DNA of 64,000 nucleotides, taken from Dictyostelium discoideum (Eukaryota). The notes below the pieces were generated by a model. That model saw only the letters and a program-made list of their open reading frames with translations. It was not told the origin of the DNA and ran no database searches. Every line of letters starts with the position of its first letter. Position 1 is the first letter of the stretch. The position numbers were made by a program, and so were the translations under genes. Below are positions 32,697 to 44,389 of the stretch, piece after piece. The DNA lies in NCBI GenBank assembly GCA_000004695.1, contig CM000153.2:1696001-1760000 (forward strand). Direction: 5' to 3'.

Positions 32697-33626
32697 ATGT
32701 CACCAGACGAAATGGTTGGTATTTTTTGTTTAATTGGTGGAGCTGCATTATGTGTATTTGGAAGTAAATATCAAGAGTGTACCCTTAGTTTCTTTGGATC
32801 TGGAGTTGGTGCATATTTATTTTATTTGGTTGGAAGTAAGATAGAGTTTGGATTTACGACACAAATTATATTATCAATTCTTGTATCATTAATTTTCTCA
32901 TTTATCTGTATGAAATTGAAGAGATTATCTGTATTGTTAATTGCAATTATTCATTCTCTATGTATATCCAATTTAATGGCACCAGGATTAGGAGAACATT
33001 GGAGTCAATTTGTAATGTATGCCTGTTTAATCATATTGCCATCATTGTTCTTGTACGTTCCAGACATTGGTATTGTTGTGTCAAGTTCATTCTTTGGTTC
33101 ATGGATCTTTGTGGCTGGCATTGAGCAATTCATTGGCACCGGTTTCCCAAATCCAATGGTCGTACTATTCAATAGAGATTGGGATAGACTTGTTGTCATC
33201 GAAGAAAGTGCATTCTTAGAGTGTCTATTGGTTTGTTCAATTATGCTTACTTCATTATTAATCCAAATCAAGACTTTGGTACCATCCTCTAATGAAGTTC
33301 AAATGTTGGATATCGTTTCTTTAATTCAAGAGAAAGTAATTGAAAAAGTTGTCACTGATAAAACCATTACTCCATTTGACCTCGAAACCGATTTACGTGA
33401 AGTTTTAGTCGATGATGAAGTAGTTTCCAAAGTTCACAACTTAATCTTTGGTGTGGGTCTTCCAGTTATCAAATCAGTTGAGCTAATAGCTGGCGATGAT
33501 GACAATAATGATATGGTCACTCCAAATGGTGATGATATTTTACCACCAACTTCTGACATTAAAACCTATTATTTTGAAAAATTAATTGGTAAATCAGAAT
33601 CTTCAAAACCATTAATTATAAATTAA
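32697..33626 (+). CDS. multi-pass membrane protein (about 7 TM helices) with acidic C-terminal tail, 309 aa
   Basis: Single exon with ATG at 32697. The hydrophobic helices run through the first roughly 200 aa. No confident family assignment. Confidence 0.6.
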   Translation: MSPDEMVGIFCLIGGAALCVFGSKYQECTLSFFGSGVGAYLFYLVGSKIEFGFTTQIILSILVSLIFSFICMKLKRLSVLLIAIIHSLCISNLMAPGLGEHWSQFVMYACLIILPSLFLYVPDIGIVVSSSFFGSWIFVAGIEQFIGTGFPNPMVVLFNRDWDRLVVIEESAFLECLLVCSIMLTSLLIQIKTLVPSSNEVQMLDIVSLIQEKVIEKVVTDKTITPFDLETDLREVLVDDEVVSKVHNLIFGVGLPVIKSVELIAGDDDNNDMVTPNGDDILPPTSDIKTYYFEKLIGKSESSKPLIIN

Positions 33627-33813
33627 AATTATTTAATTTTTTTTAAATAAAATAAAATAAAAAAACAAATAAAATAAACAAAAAAAGTTTGTAAAGGAAA
33701 AAAAAAAAATAAATGCAATTATGAATATTTTTAAAAATTAATTTTTTTTTTTAAAAAGAGTGAATCATATTATTGTTTCTCCCAGTTTATTTTATATTAT
33801 TTCATTAACAAAT

Positions 33814-34224
33814 TTATTGTTTTGAAATGTATTCCATTAAGAATTTGTAATCGTCAGATTCTTTACCGAAAGTCTTGATGACTAAGGTTGAACAAGCAAC
33901 AACTTTACGAGCAGCAAGATCTTTGTCTAATTTGCAGAGACCAGCCCATTCACCTAAAGCTTTGTTATCTGGAACTTCAATTAATGGGATGTTGTGTTCG
34001 GTGGCGAGGGCTTTAACTAAACGAACAAAGTTTGGTTCGTCACAGTTTGAAGCTAAGACACATAAACGAGCAGTACGTTTGTCGAGGGCTTTGACGGTTT
34101 CATGGAGACCACGAGCAACACCTTGGACGGCTAAAGATTCTTTGATAACCTTTTGGAGGGCAACCATTGGGTCAGTGTTTTTTTCTAATGGGTTAGCGGC
34201 AATAACTGGGGCATCTCCTTCCAT
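33814..34224 (-). CDS. rps12: 40S ribosomal protein S12 (eS12), 136 aa
   Basis: ALQKVIKESLAVQGVARGLHETVKALDKRTARLCVLASNCDEPNFVRLVKALATEHNIPLIEVPDNKALGEWAGLCKLDKD matches eukaryotic RPS12 throughout. Single exon. Codon usage is less AT-biased, as expected for a highly expressed gene. Confidence 0.95.
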   Translation of the reverse strand: MEGDAPVIAANPLEKNTDPMVALQKVIKESLAVQGVARGLHETVKALDKRTARLCVLASNCDEPNFVRLVKALATEHNIPLIEVPDNKALGEWAGLCKLDKDLAARKVVACSTLVIKTFGKESDDYKFLMEYISKQ

Positions 34225-35354
34225 TTTTGTATTATTCTATATTTATTAAGAAATCCTTACTGTATAAAATTATGCACATAAATTAATATACAATTCATTC
34301 AAAATAAAACAGAAAAATAATAATCTCTCTTTCCCCATTTATATATATCTTTTAATGATGGATTGGATTGATCATATTTTCATTTTTTATTTTTATTTAT
34401 TATTATAATTATTGATGATCGATGATAATGGATATGTGATATAAATTTGTCAACCTACATGCTGTTTCAAATATGAATAACTAAAAAATTTCGAAATTTT
34501 TTTTTTTGTGTAAAATTTTTTTTTCGACTTTCGGCGTTTTTCTTTTTTTTAATTTTTTTTTTTTTTTTTTATTTTAAAATAAACCTTAAACGTTACATTT
34601 TTTGGTGAAGTAAAATTTAAAGGAAAGTAAATAAAAAATTGAATAGATTTATAAGATTTATTTATTATTAATGTTTTGTTTTATTTTTTGTTTAAACAAA
34701 ACAAATCACAATAAAAAAAAAAAAAAAAATATCTCTATTTTTTTATTTTCCATTTTTTTTTTTTTTTTTTGTGATTTGAAGATAAAAAGAACCAAAAAAT
34801 TGGTATATATGATTTTTTGTCTTAGATGCCCAATTTTTTTTGTTTTTTTTTTATTTATTCCCTCTTTTTTCTTCAAAATAAAAAAATAATTACAAAAAAG
34901 GAATGAAAAATAAATCCTAAAATAAAATTTTGATTGCTCATCTCAATAAACAATTTTTAGTAATTATATTAATTCTTCATTTATTCTGAAATAATTTAAA
35001 GAAAGGAAAAAAAAAAAAATATTAATAATAAAAATTATTTTTTTTTATTATTTTTTATTTTTTTTTATTTTTTATTTTATTTTTTTTCTTAACATCTTTG
35101 TAAAATAATAATAAATTCTATTAAATCAAACTAAATTTAATAATTTTCCTGTTTACGAATAATTTAGTAATATAAAATAAAATTTTTATTTTTTTTTTAT
35201 TTTTTTTTTTTTTTTATTTTTTTTATTTTTTTATTTTTTTTTTAAAAATATATTTTTTCTAAAAATAGTAATTTTTTTTATTTATAGTTTTTTTTTTTTT
35301 TTTTAAATCTAATTTTTTTTTTTATATTTATTATTTTTTTTAAAGATTCAGATC

Positions 35355-35389
<35 letters not shown>

Positions 35390-35487
35390 AAATTAAAATA
35401 TGTAAAATTATCTTTTTACTTGAATCTTTTAACTTAATATCTTCATTTTAAATATATAATTAAATATACTTTTTTTTTAAAAAAACA

Positions 35488-37684
35488 ATGAGGAATAATA
35501 ATAGTTTAATCTCAATAATAATTTTTATATTATTTTCAATTTTCTTATCAACAAACGAAATTAATGCAGATGATAATTGTTCAACATTAAAACAGGCAAT
35601 TTTATTTTATAAAGTAAATAATCTTTTTTTTTTATTACTAATTAATAAATAAATAAATAAATAATAAATAAATAAATAAATAATAATTTTTTTTTTTTTT
35701 TTTAAAATAGGCACAACGTGCTGGAAGATTACCAGATAAAGATATATCATGGAGAGGTGATTCAGTTTTAACAGATGCAAGTCCAGGATCATCATTTGAT
35801 TCAAATGGAGATGGTGATCTTTCAAAGGGTTATTTTGATGCCGGTGATGGTGTAAAATTTGGTTTACCAATGAGTTGGACAATGACAATGTTAGGATGGA
35901 ATTTCATTGAATATTCATCAAATATTGAATCATGCGGTTTAACCGATTTATATTTAAATGTTTTAAAATGGGGTACAGATTATATATTGGCATCACATTT
36001 AAGTGATAATGTTTTGGTAGCTCAAGTTGGTGATGGAAATGTTGACCATAGTGTATGGCAGCCACCAGAATTCATTAATTATGTACGTCCAGTGTTTTTA
36101 ATTAATTCAAGTTATCCAGGAACTGAATTAGCAATGGAAGCAGCATCAGCATTGGCAGCAGCATCAATTGCATTCAAATCAAGTAATCCATCATATGCAT
36201 CCACTTGTTTATCACATGCCAAAGCATTACATAACTTTGGTAACACATATCAAGGTTCATACTCAGTTTCAGTTCCACAGGCATCTGCATTCTATAATTC
36301 ATATTCTGGCTATACCGATGAATTAGTATGGGGTAGCGTTTGGTTATACAAGGCAACTGGTGACTCTAGTTATTTAACATTGGCTGAGAATTACTATACC
36401 ACTAATAATGTTGGTTATGCAGGTACTTCAAATTCATTCGATTGGGATCAAACTGCCACCGGCTCATCTCTATTACTTTATAAATTGACTGGAAAAGAAT
36501 TCTATAAACAAATGGTGGACCAAACACTAAGCTATTGGTCAAAAGGTGGCGGTATAACTTATACTCCAGGTGGTTTAGCTTGGATTAGAGAGTGGGGTCC
36601 ATGTAGATACGCAATGTCAATGGCATTCCTTGCAACAGTGTATGGTACTGATTCATCATTACAATTTGCCCAAAATCAATTAAGTTATGTACTTGGTGAT
36701 AAAACTGGTCAATCATTTGTTGTTGGTTTAGGTTCAAATCATCCAATTAATCCACATCATAGAGCTGCCCATCATTCAACTACTAATGATATTAATAATC
36801 CTGTAAATAATTTATATATGTTATATGGTGCATTAGTTGGTGGTCCTGGAAGTGATGATTCTTATGTTGATGATCGTTCAGATTATACAAAGAATGAGGT
36901 AGCACTTGATTATAATGCTGGTTTCGTTGGTACTTTATCTTATTTTGCAAAAGGTATTTATTTTTATTTTATTTTATTTTATTTTATTTTAAAAAAAAAG
37001 TTTTTATATTAACTAACTAAAGGTTCTTCATCCTCAACTACTACCACTTCAACTACAACGTCAAATCCAACATCTACAACATCAACTACAACTTCAAATC
37101 CAACTCCTACCACATCAACTACAACTTCAAATCCAACTTCCACATCAACCACCACTTCAAATCCAACCTCTACTTCAACCACAACTTCAAATCCAACTAC
37201 AACTACAACCACAACTTCAAATCCAACCTCAACCTCAACTACAACTTCAAATCCAACTACAACTACAACCACAACTTCAAATCCAACTACAATTACAACT
37301 TCAACAAACCCAACTACAACATCCACTCCTGCCACAACAACAACATCTACTTCAACCACAACTTCATCAGGAGATGGTACCACAACAAGTGAGACAACAA
37401 CAGGAGATTTGGTGACATCCGGAGATTCTAACGTAACACCAACTGTTCAACCAACATCTAGTTCATCAACTTCTTCAGGAACTTCAACTGGAACTTCAAC
37501 TGGAACTTCAACTGGAACTTCAACTGGAGCCCCAACTGGAACTTCAACTGGAAATAGCCAAAATCCTCCTGGAGTCGAAAAAGATGGTAGTTCAAGTGAC
37601 GCACTCAGTTTGGGTGATATCATCCCACTTTCAATCATTACATTATTCATTTTATCATCAATTCATCTCTTATTAAACAATTAA
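35488..37684 (+). CDS. secreted glycoside hydrolase family 9 endoglucanase (cellulase) with Thr/Ser-rich repeat linker and hydrophobic C-terminus (celA-like); 3 exons, about 676 aa
   Basis: Exons: 35488..35613 (signal peptide, donor AAA|GTAAAT), 35711..36953, 37023..37684. The 69-nt second intron removes an in-frame TAA and keeps the frame. GH9 motifs: DLSKGYFDAGDGVKFGLPM, WQPPE, DELVWGSVWLYKATGD, HHRAAHHS, ALDYNAGFVGTL. Exon 3 encodes about 8 TTTSNPTS repeats, then (TSTG)n, then IIPLSIITLFILSSIHLLLNN, a possible GPI signal. It may correspond to Dictyostelium celA; that is not verified. Confidence 0.85.
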
Positions 37685-37715
37685 TACAAATAGTATTAAA
37701 AAAGTAATAACAATA

Positions 37716-37746
<31 letters not shown>

Positions 37747-37960
37747 AGAATTTTTAAAATAAAAAATATATTATTTTTTATTTATTGGTGATCTAAATTT
37801 TTTTTTTTTTTTTTTTTTTTTTCATTTTTTTTTTTTTTTTAAACATGAACGCTCTTCACACTTTTTTTTTTTTTTTTTTTTTTTCATAAATTAAATTTAT
37901 TTTAATTTTTTCTTTTATTTTTTAAAATATAAAAAAAAAAGAAACAAAAATATTTTATAG

Positions 37961-38331
37961 ATGGCAGAATTAACAAATCATTTTAATAAAGTTAATGAAC
38001 TTTTAAATGATTGGGATGGAGTTGGATTATCACATGAATTATCAATGACAGAATTAATTACCTCAATTTTAAATTCAATAAATCATAATAGTCATAGTGG
38101 TATGAGTAATCAAAAGAAACAACAAATACAAGCAAAAGTTAATCAAATTAAAAAGACAGATTTAGTTGTTAAAAGACAACAAGATATAGATACATTATGT
38201 GCAAATAAAATTCAACACAACTATAATGAAATCGTTGCATATCGTTTAAGATCAATTTCATCATTATTAGATTCAAAATATTATGATGCATTTAGATATT
38301 TAATTGAAGCTATAAAGTAAGTAATAATAAT

Positions 38332-38373
<42 letters not shown>

Positions 38374-39439
38374 TTATTTAAAATTTCATATTAAAATTAT
38401 TTATTTATTTATATTTATTTATTTAGTTCATTTGTTAAAGTATTTGAATTATGGTCACAAAATATATTATGGAGATTATCATTAGATTTACGTTTAATGG
38501 CAGAATTGGCAACTTTAAATGTTGGTAGTAATGATAGTAATAATAGTAATAATAATGTTACGATTGATTATTTTGAAGAAGCATCAAGAACATTATTAAG
38601 TAAATGTTTTCAAGCAGCAAATGCTGATAGAACTCCAAATTTAGCAGAATCAAAAAAGAATGCAGCATTAGGAGTTGTAAACCAATTATTTCAAATTTAT
38701 TTTAAAATTAATAATCTTAAACTTTGTAAAAATTTAATTAAAACTATGGAATCACCTGGTTTCCCTACATTAGAGAGTTATCCTTTAAATCAAGTTATCA
38801 CATATCGTTTCTTTAATGGTCGTTTATCAGTTTTCAATGGTCAATATAAAAAAGCACAAGAAGAATTATTATATGCATTTAATAAATGTCCAAATGATTC
38901 AATTAAAAATAAAAGGTAAAAAAAGAACATAAAAACATATAAATATACATATACATATATACTAATTATTTTTTTTTTTTTTTTTTTTAAGATTAATATT
39001 ATTATTTTTAGTACCAATGCAATTAGAACAATGTAAATTCCCAAAGAAATCATTATTAGAGAAATTTAAGTTAACTCAATTCATTGATATTGTTCAATCT
39101 ATAAAAAGTGGTAATATTAAACAATTTAATGAATGTTTGTCAACTCATCAAAACTTTTTCATTTCAAAAGGTATCTATTTGATTTTAGAAAAATTGAAAA
39201 TTATTGTCTATAGAAATCTATTTAAAAAGGTACATTTAATTACAACTGGTCAAAGAATTCCAATTGGTAATTTCGTTTCCGCTTTGAAATGGATGGAAAA
39301 TGATGCTATCGATATCGATGAAACTGAATGTATTCTATCAAATTTAATTTATAATGGTTATCTTAAAGGTTATATCTCTCATAAAGTTGCTCTTGTTGTC
39401 TCTCCAACAAATCCTTTCCCAAAATTACCTTTAAATTAA
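37961..39439 (+). CDS. PCI domain-containing protein 2 (PCID2 / Thp1 / CSN12-like); 3 exons, about 430 aa
   Basis: Exons: 37961..38316, 38427..38915, 38992..39439; phases 2/2. Collinear with human PCID2: ..FVKVFELWSQNILWRLSLDLRL.. ; LGVVNQLFQIYFKINNLKLCKNLI ; ..SIKNKR|LILLFLVPMQLEQCKFPKKSLLEKFKLTQF..SIKSGN ; GIYLILEKLKIIVYRNLFKKVHL ; DIDETECILSNLIYNGYLKGYISHKVALVVSPTNPFP. Confidence 0.85.
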
Positions 39440-39658
39440 AAACTGAAAAAAAATAAAAAAAATAAAAAAAAATAAAAATAAAAATAATAACAACAAAAGA
39501 TTAAAGATTAAAAATATAACAACACCTCAAAGATTAATAAATGGCTTTTTTTTTTAAATTATTATTTTTTATTTTTTTTTTTTTTTGTTATTATTTTTTT
39601 TTTTTTTAAATTGTTTTTTTAAGATGTTTTGTGTTTGTATTTGTATTTGTTTTTTTTT

Positions 39659-39703
<45 letters not shown>

Positions 39704-39865
39704 CTTTTTCTTTTTTTTCTTTTGTACTTTAGAACATTTTCTATTATACCTATTGAGTTGTGTTGCTTTTGTTATTGAATTGTTGTGTTGTTTTTGGTTG
39801 TTTATTGTTGATATGATTTGTTGTGATATGTGTGATGTTATGGTTGAGGTTTTAGTTTTCTTTTC

Positions 39866-41435
39866 TTACAAAATAACAACGATAATACTAATGTTATCGG
39901 TACTTCCTTTCTTTAATGCATGTAATAATAATTTATCACTCATCTTTTGTGCTTCAGTTTCATTTAAAATAAGGTCCACTGCATCTTGGTCACTTGTAAC
40001 ATCCCAAAGCTAAAATTTAGAAATAAAAAAAATAAAAAAAATAAAAAAAAGATTAGCAAAGAGGAGAATAAAAAAAAAAATCTATTTATATATTTTTTTT
40101 AAAAAATATTATTTTACTTACACCATCACAAGCTAAAATTAAATGAGTATGACCAGAATCTAATTTAATTGAACGTTTATATGGGTCACCAATGACATGA
40201 TCTTTCATTGAGTGATCACCAAGTGAACGGGTTACAGCGAGAATACCATTAACACGACCATTACATACAAAACCACCTGCAGCATCAATACGTTTTACTT
40301 CTTCTGGATCAGATCCTTTATGATCGTATGATAATCTTTCTGCAACTTTATTATGACTAATTTTATTATAATTATTATTATTTATAAATGTTGTTAGTAT
40401 GGAACACATGAATATATATATTGAAGAGAAAAAGAAAATAAAATGATAATTACCAAACAACTGCACGGGCATCACCAGCATTGGCAACATAAAGATATTT
40501 TTCACCATCAACTGGATTTTTTCTAATTAAGGCGGTAATAGATGTAGTACCAGAGAATTGGATTTCACTTTCATTCATTTGTTTATCGGTTAAAAGATAA
40601 CTATTTCTAAAGAGTTCTAAAATATCACCTTCTGGGGATTTATTAATTTCATCTAAAAGGTTCTGTATATTTTTTTTTTTTAAAGAAAAAAAATAAATCT
40701 TGGGTTAAATAATGTTCCAAAAAGAAAAAATAATAATAATAATAAAAAATAGAGATTTGGTGGAAATTTTTTTTTTTTTTTTTTTTTTTTTTAATAATAA
40801 TAATAACTTACAACATGAAGAGTTTTAGCAGTGAATTCTACAGCACCTCTACCACCATGACCATCATAAATTGCAAAATAACCTTGGTTTGCATCACCAC
40901 CAAAGCAATCGATAATAACATGTTCATCCTCCATTGTTCTTCTATAACGTGCATTCTTTTCAAAGGAGACACCAAAGTCACGAACTGAACGAGTCTTTGA
41001 TGATGGTTCTGTGGTGAAATGTGTAGATTGTGCTTGTTGTGGTTGAATGGTTTGATGTGCTACTTGAGGTGTTGATGGTGCATCACCAGTACCGCTATTA
41101 TATGTATCATCTGAACTACTTTCTTCACTTTTGGTGGTAGTGGTTGTGTTATTTGATTCTTTTGGTGGTGTATTATTATTATTGTTGTTACTATTATTAT
41201 TATTAGTAGTATCATTATTATTATTATTATTTATATTTTCTTTTTCTTTTTCTTTCTCTTTATTATCATCTGCTGTATTTTTGTTTTCTTTATTTTTATC
41301 TATTGAAACTTCTAAATTTTTGTCTGCTGTAATCTCTGTTGCCTTGGTTGTATCTACAGTGTCATTGTTATGAGTTATGGTTTCATCTTTAATATCGCTT
41401 GATGAATCGATCATATCTGTATTTGTTGTGCTCAT
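39866..41435 (-). CDS. PP2C-family Ser/Thr protein phosphatase (PPM); 4 exons, 403 aa
   Basis: Exons (minus strand): 41435..40812, 40662..40454, 40356..40122, 40009..39866. Motifs: RRTMEDEHV, YFAIYDGHGGRGAVEF, LYVANAGDARAVVC, RLSYDHKGSDPEEVKRIDAAGGFV, RVNGILAVTRSLGD, LILACDGLWDV, DNISIIVV. The N-terminal roughly 150 aa is N/T/K-rich low complexity. Confidence 0.85.
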
Positions 41436-41562
41436 TGTATATTTTTTTTATTTTTTTGATGTAGTTGGAGTTTTTGATTTGTTTTTTGATCTAGTGATAT
41501 AAAATAAAAATCATATCACAATAAAAAATTTAAAAAAAAATAAAAAATAAAAAAAAAAAAAA

Positions 41563-41594
<32 letters not shown>

Positions 41595-41753
41595 TTTTAA
41601 TTATTTTTAAAAAAAAAAAAAGAAAAAAAAAAAAAAAAAAAGAAAAAAAATTTGATCAAAGTTAAATAATTGTAATTTTAAATTTCTATTAATATGTATT
41701 TTTTTATGTAATATTATTATTATTATTATTATTATTATTTTTTTTATTTTTTT

Positions 41754-41787
<34 letters not shown>

Positions 41788-42011
41788 GTGTAAATTAATT
41801 TTAATTACCTTTTTTTTTTTTCGGTGTGGTACGATTTTTGTTGGGATTTTTTTTTATTTTTTTTTATTTATTTTTTTTTTATTATATACAATGACAAATG
41901 GTCAATATATTCTAAAATAAAAATCTAATTGTTTTGTTGGGAATGATTGTGGTTTAAAACCCCGGGTTTTAAAAAAGAATTGATATAATAAATTGAGTTT
42001 TAAAATTATTT

Positions 42012-42052
<41 letters not shown>

Positions 42053-42200
42053 AAAAATTTGAAAAATTTGGAAAAAAAAAAAAAAAAAAAAAAAATATTT
42101 TTTTATTTTTTTTTTATTTTATTTTTTAAATGTTAATGGCGCGCTCAATATGATTGTTAGAGATTGATATAATAAAGAATATTTTTTGATCTTTTATGGT

Positions 42201-42232
<32 letters not shown>

Positions 42233-42246
42233 CCAAATTTTTTTCC

Positions 42247-42280
<34 letters not shown>

Positions 42281-42337
42281 CCCAAATTTCCTTTCTAAAT
42301 CAAAGGGAAATGAGATTATATTAATCTTCCAAACCCA

Positions 42338-42372
<35 letters not shown>

Positions 42373-42581
42373 ATAATTATTTGTGTTGGTGTTCTAAATT
42401 TTTCTTTTAATTCAAGAACGAGTTATTTGGTGATTTATTTTGTGTTTGGGAAAAAAAAAAAAAAAAAATTAAAAAATAAAAAAAAAATTAAAAAATAAAA
42501 AAAATCTGAGAAAAATCCTGATCAAATAATTGTGGTCGCACTTCCATTTATTAAAAATATAAAATTTAATTTATTATCCGA

Positions 42582-42688
42582 ATGAAAATAAAAATAAATA
42601 AATATAAAAATAAAAATAAAAATAAAAATAAAAATAAAAATAAAAATAAAAATAAAAATAAAAATAAATAATAAAAATAAAAATAAAC
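42582..42688. repeat. (AAAATA)n minisatellite, about 16 units
   Basis: Regular taaaaa hexamer array in the 2.3-kb A/T intergenic region. Confidence 0.9.
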
Positions 42689-43450
42689 CTTTTTTTTTTT
42701 TCTTTATTTTTTATTTTTCATTTTTTATTTTTTTAACTAATATTATTTTATTTTTCTCAATTTTGATTCCAGAATTTTTATTTTTTTATATTTGAATTTT
42801 GATTGAATTATAATTCTAAAAATTAGATATTAAAAAAAAAAAAAAAAAATATAGTTTTATTTTATAACTTTTCCCTTTTCCTTTTTTTAATTTTTTTTTT
42901 TTTAAATCTCAAACTTAAATATTTAAAAATATTATTTCTTATTTTCAATTTAATTTAATTTATTGTTTTTTTTTTGAATAATTTTGATGTTATCTACAAT
43001 ATGAAAAAATATGAATAAATTTTTATTTTAATAAATCATCACGTGGATTTTTCCCACATGAGTGAGAAAAGTATAATTATAAATTTTATTATACATAATT
43101 ATTATTAATTACATATATATCTTACAATAATTGTATTTACACAATTATTATTATACAACAGAAAATAGCCACTTTTATTATAATTTAATTTAATATTTAA
43201 TAATTTAATACTTAACTAACTTTTTTTTTCCGTTAATTTATTCTTCGAAAACAATGGGTTGTGGGGGAAATAAAATTAAAAATAATGTGGTGTGAGTGGG
43301 GTTTGAATTTTATTTCATCTTTCCATACACCAACACATTCATAGTTTCCTTATATTGTAAAAATCATTCAAGTTTGCCCACTTTTTGTAATTCATATGAA
43401 AATATTTATATAAAATATAAAATTAATTGAAAGTGCCCAAATTTTGAATA

Positions 43451-43533
43451 ATTTTGACAATATCCAAATTCTAAATTAATTAATTAATTAAGATTTTGAC
43501 ATTCTCCAATATCTGAATTAATTAATTAATTAG
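43451..43533. repeat. imperfect tandem duplication of a roughly 41-bp motif upstream of the small secreted-protein ORF
   Basis: attttgacaatatccaaattctaaattaattaattaattaag followed by attttgacattctccaatatctgaattaattaattaattag. A candidate promoter element. Confidence 0.5.
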
Positions 43534-43766
43534 TTAATTTTTTTTGTTTTTTTTTATTTATTTTTTATGATTTTAAAAATATTTTATTTTTTGATTATAA
43601 AAAGGATTCTATTTTTTTATTAAAAAAAATTCAAAAAAGGAATATAGTTTAAAAAAGTAAATAAATAAATAAATATTTAACTAAAACTTTCAAAAATATA
43701 TATATATTAATAGTTTTTTTTTTAAAAATTAAAAAAGATAAAAAAATTTAAAATAAAAATAATCAG

Positions 43767-43965
43767 GTTAAAAGTTTTAATTGCCATTTTAGTGATTCTC
43801 TCATTACTTTCGAATTTAAATGCTGAAAATGCAATTAGTGGTGGAAGTGATCTTTCCTGTTTGATTAAATGTATGGGCTCAGAATGTTTAAAACCAACAA
43901 AGATAAATGACCCATTGTGTAACGCATATTCAAAAAAAAGTAAAAATCAATGCATTAGAAATTAA
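43767..43965 (+). CDS. small secreted cysteine-rich protein (exon with signal peptide, no in-exon ATG), about 65 codons
   Basis: Open frame LKVLIAILVILSLLSNLNAENAISGGSDLSCLIKCMGSECLKPTKINDPLCNAYSKKSKNQCIRN*, preceded by an aatcag acceptor. A hydrophobic signal peptide with AENA-type cleavage, then 6 Cys. A candidate ATG micro-exon lies at 43254..43291 (see findings). Confidence 0.4.
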
Positions 43966-44389
43966 TAAACTTGTTATCAAATTTATTATTAATTATAATT
44001 AATTATTATAATTTTTCCCCAGTATTTGAAATTTATCTCTCTTAAAATTTTTAATCATCAAAAAATTGTCTAAAATGATAAACTATCTTTTTTTTTTAAA
44101 AAATCTTATTTTTATACATTTTTTTTTTTTTTTTGTATTTATTTTTTTATTTATTTAATTATTTGTTTGTTTATTGATTTTTCCTTTTTAAAATTTTTTT
44201 TTAAAAAAATTAAAAATAATAAGACAAATAATTTCACCATTACTTTTATTAATATTATTAATTAATTTTTCAAGTGCATATCAAAAATTATATATTTCAT
44301 TCCTTATGAAAGTCCAGAGTGTAGTGGAAATCCATCAGGTATTGGGTATGGCGGTTTAGTTGATACTTGTTTTACTCAATTAAATTAAT

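Noticed and set aside
37009-37383. Minus-strand ORF VEVDVVVAGVDVV..
   Set aside because: Antisense reading of the Thr-rich ACx repeats of the cellulase linker.
40086-40511. N-terminal part of ORF 40086..40511 (MMVKNIFMLPMLVMP..FIFFFSS)
   Set aside because: Wrong-frame reading of PP2C exon 2 plus intron. Only the C-terminal 90 codons (ISHNKVAERLSYDHKG..) are true exon 3.
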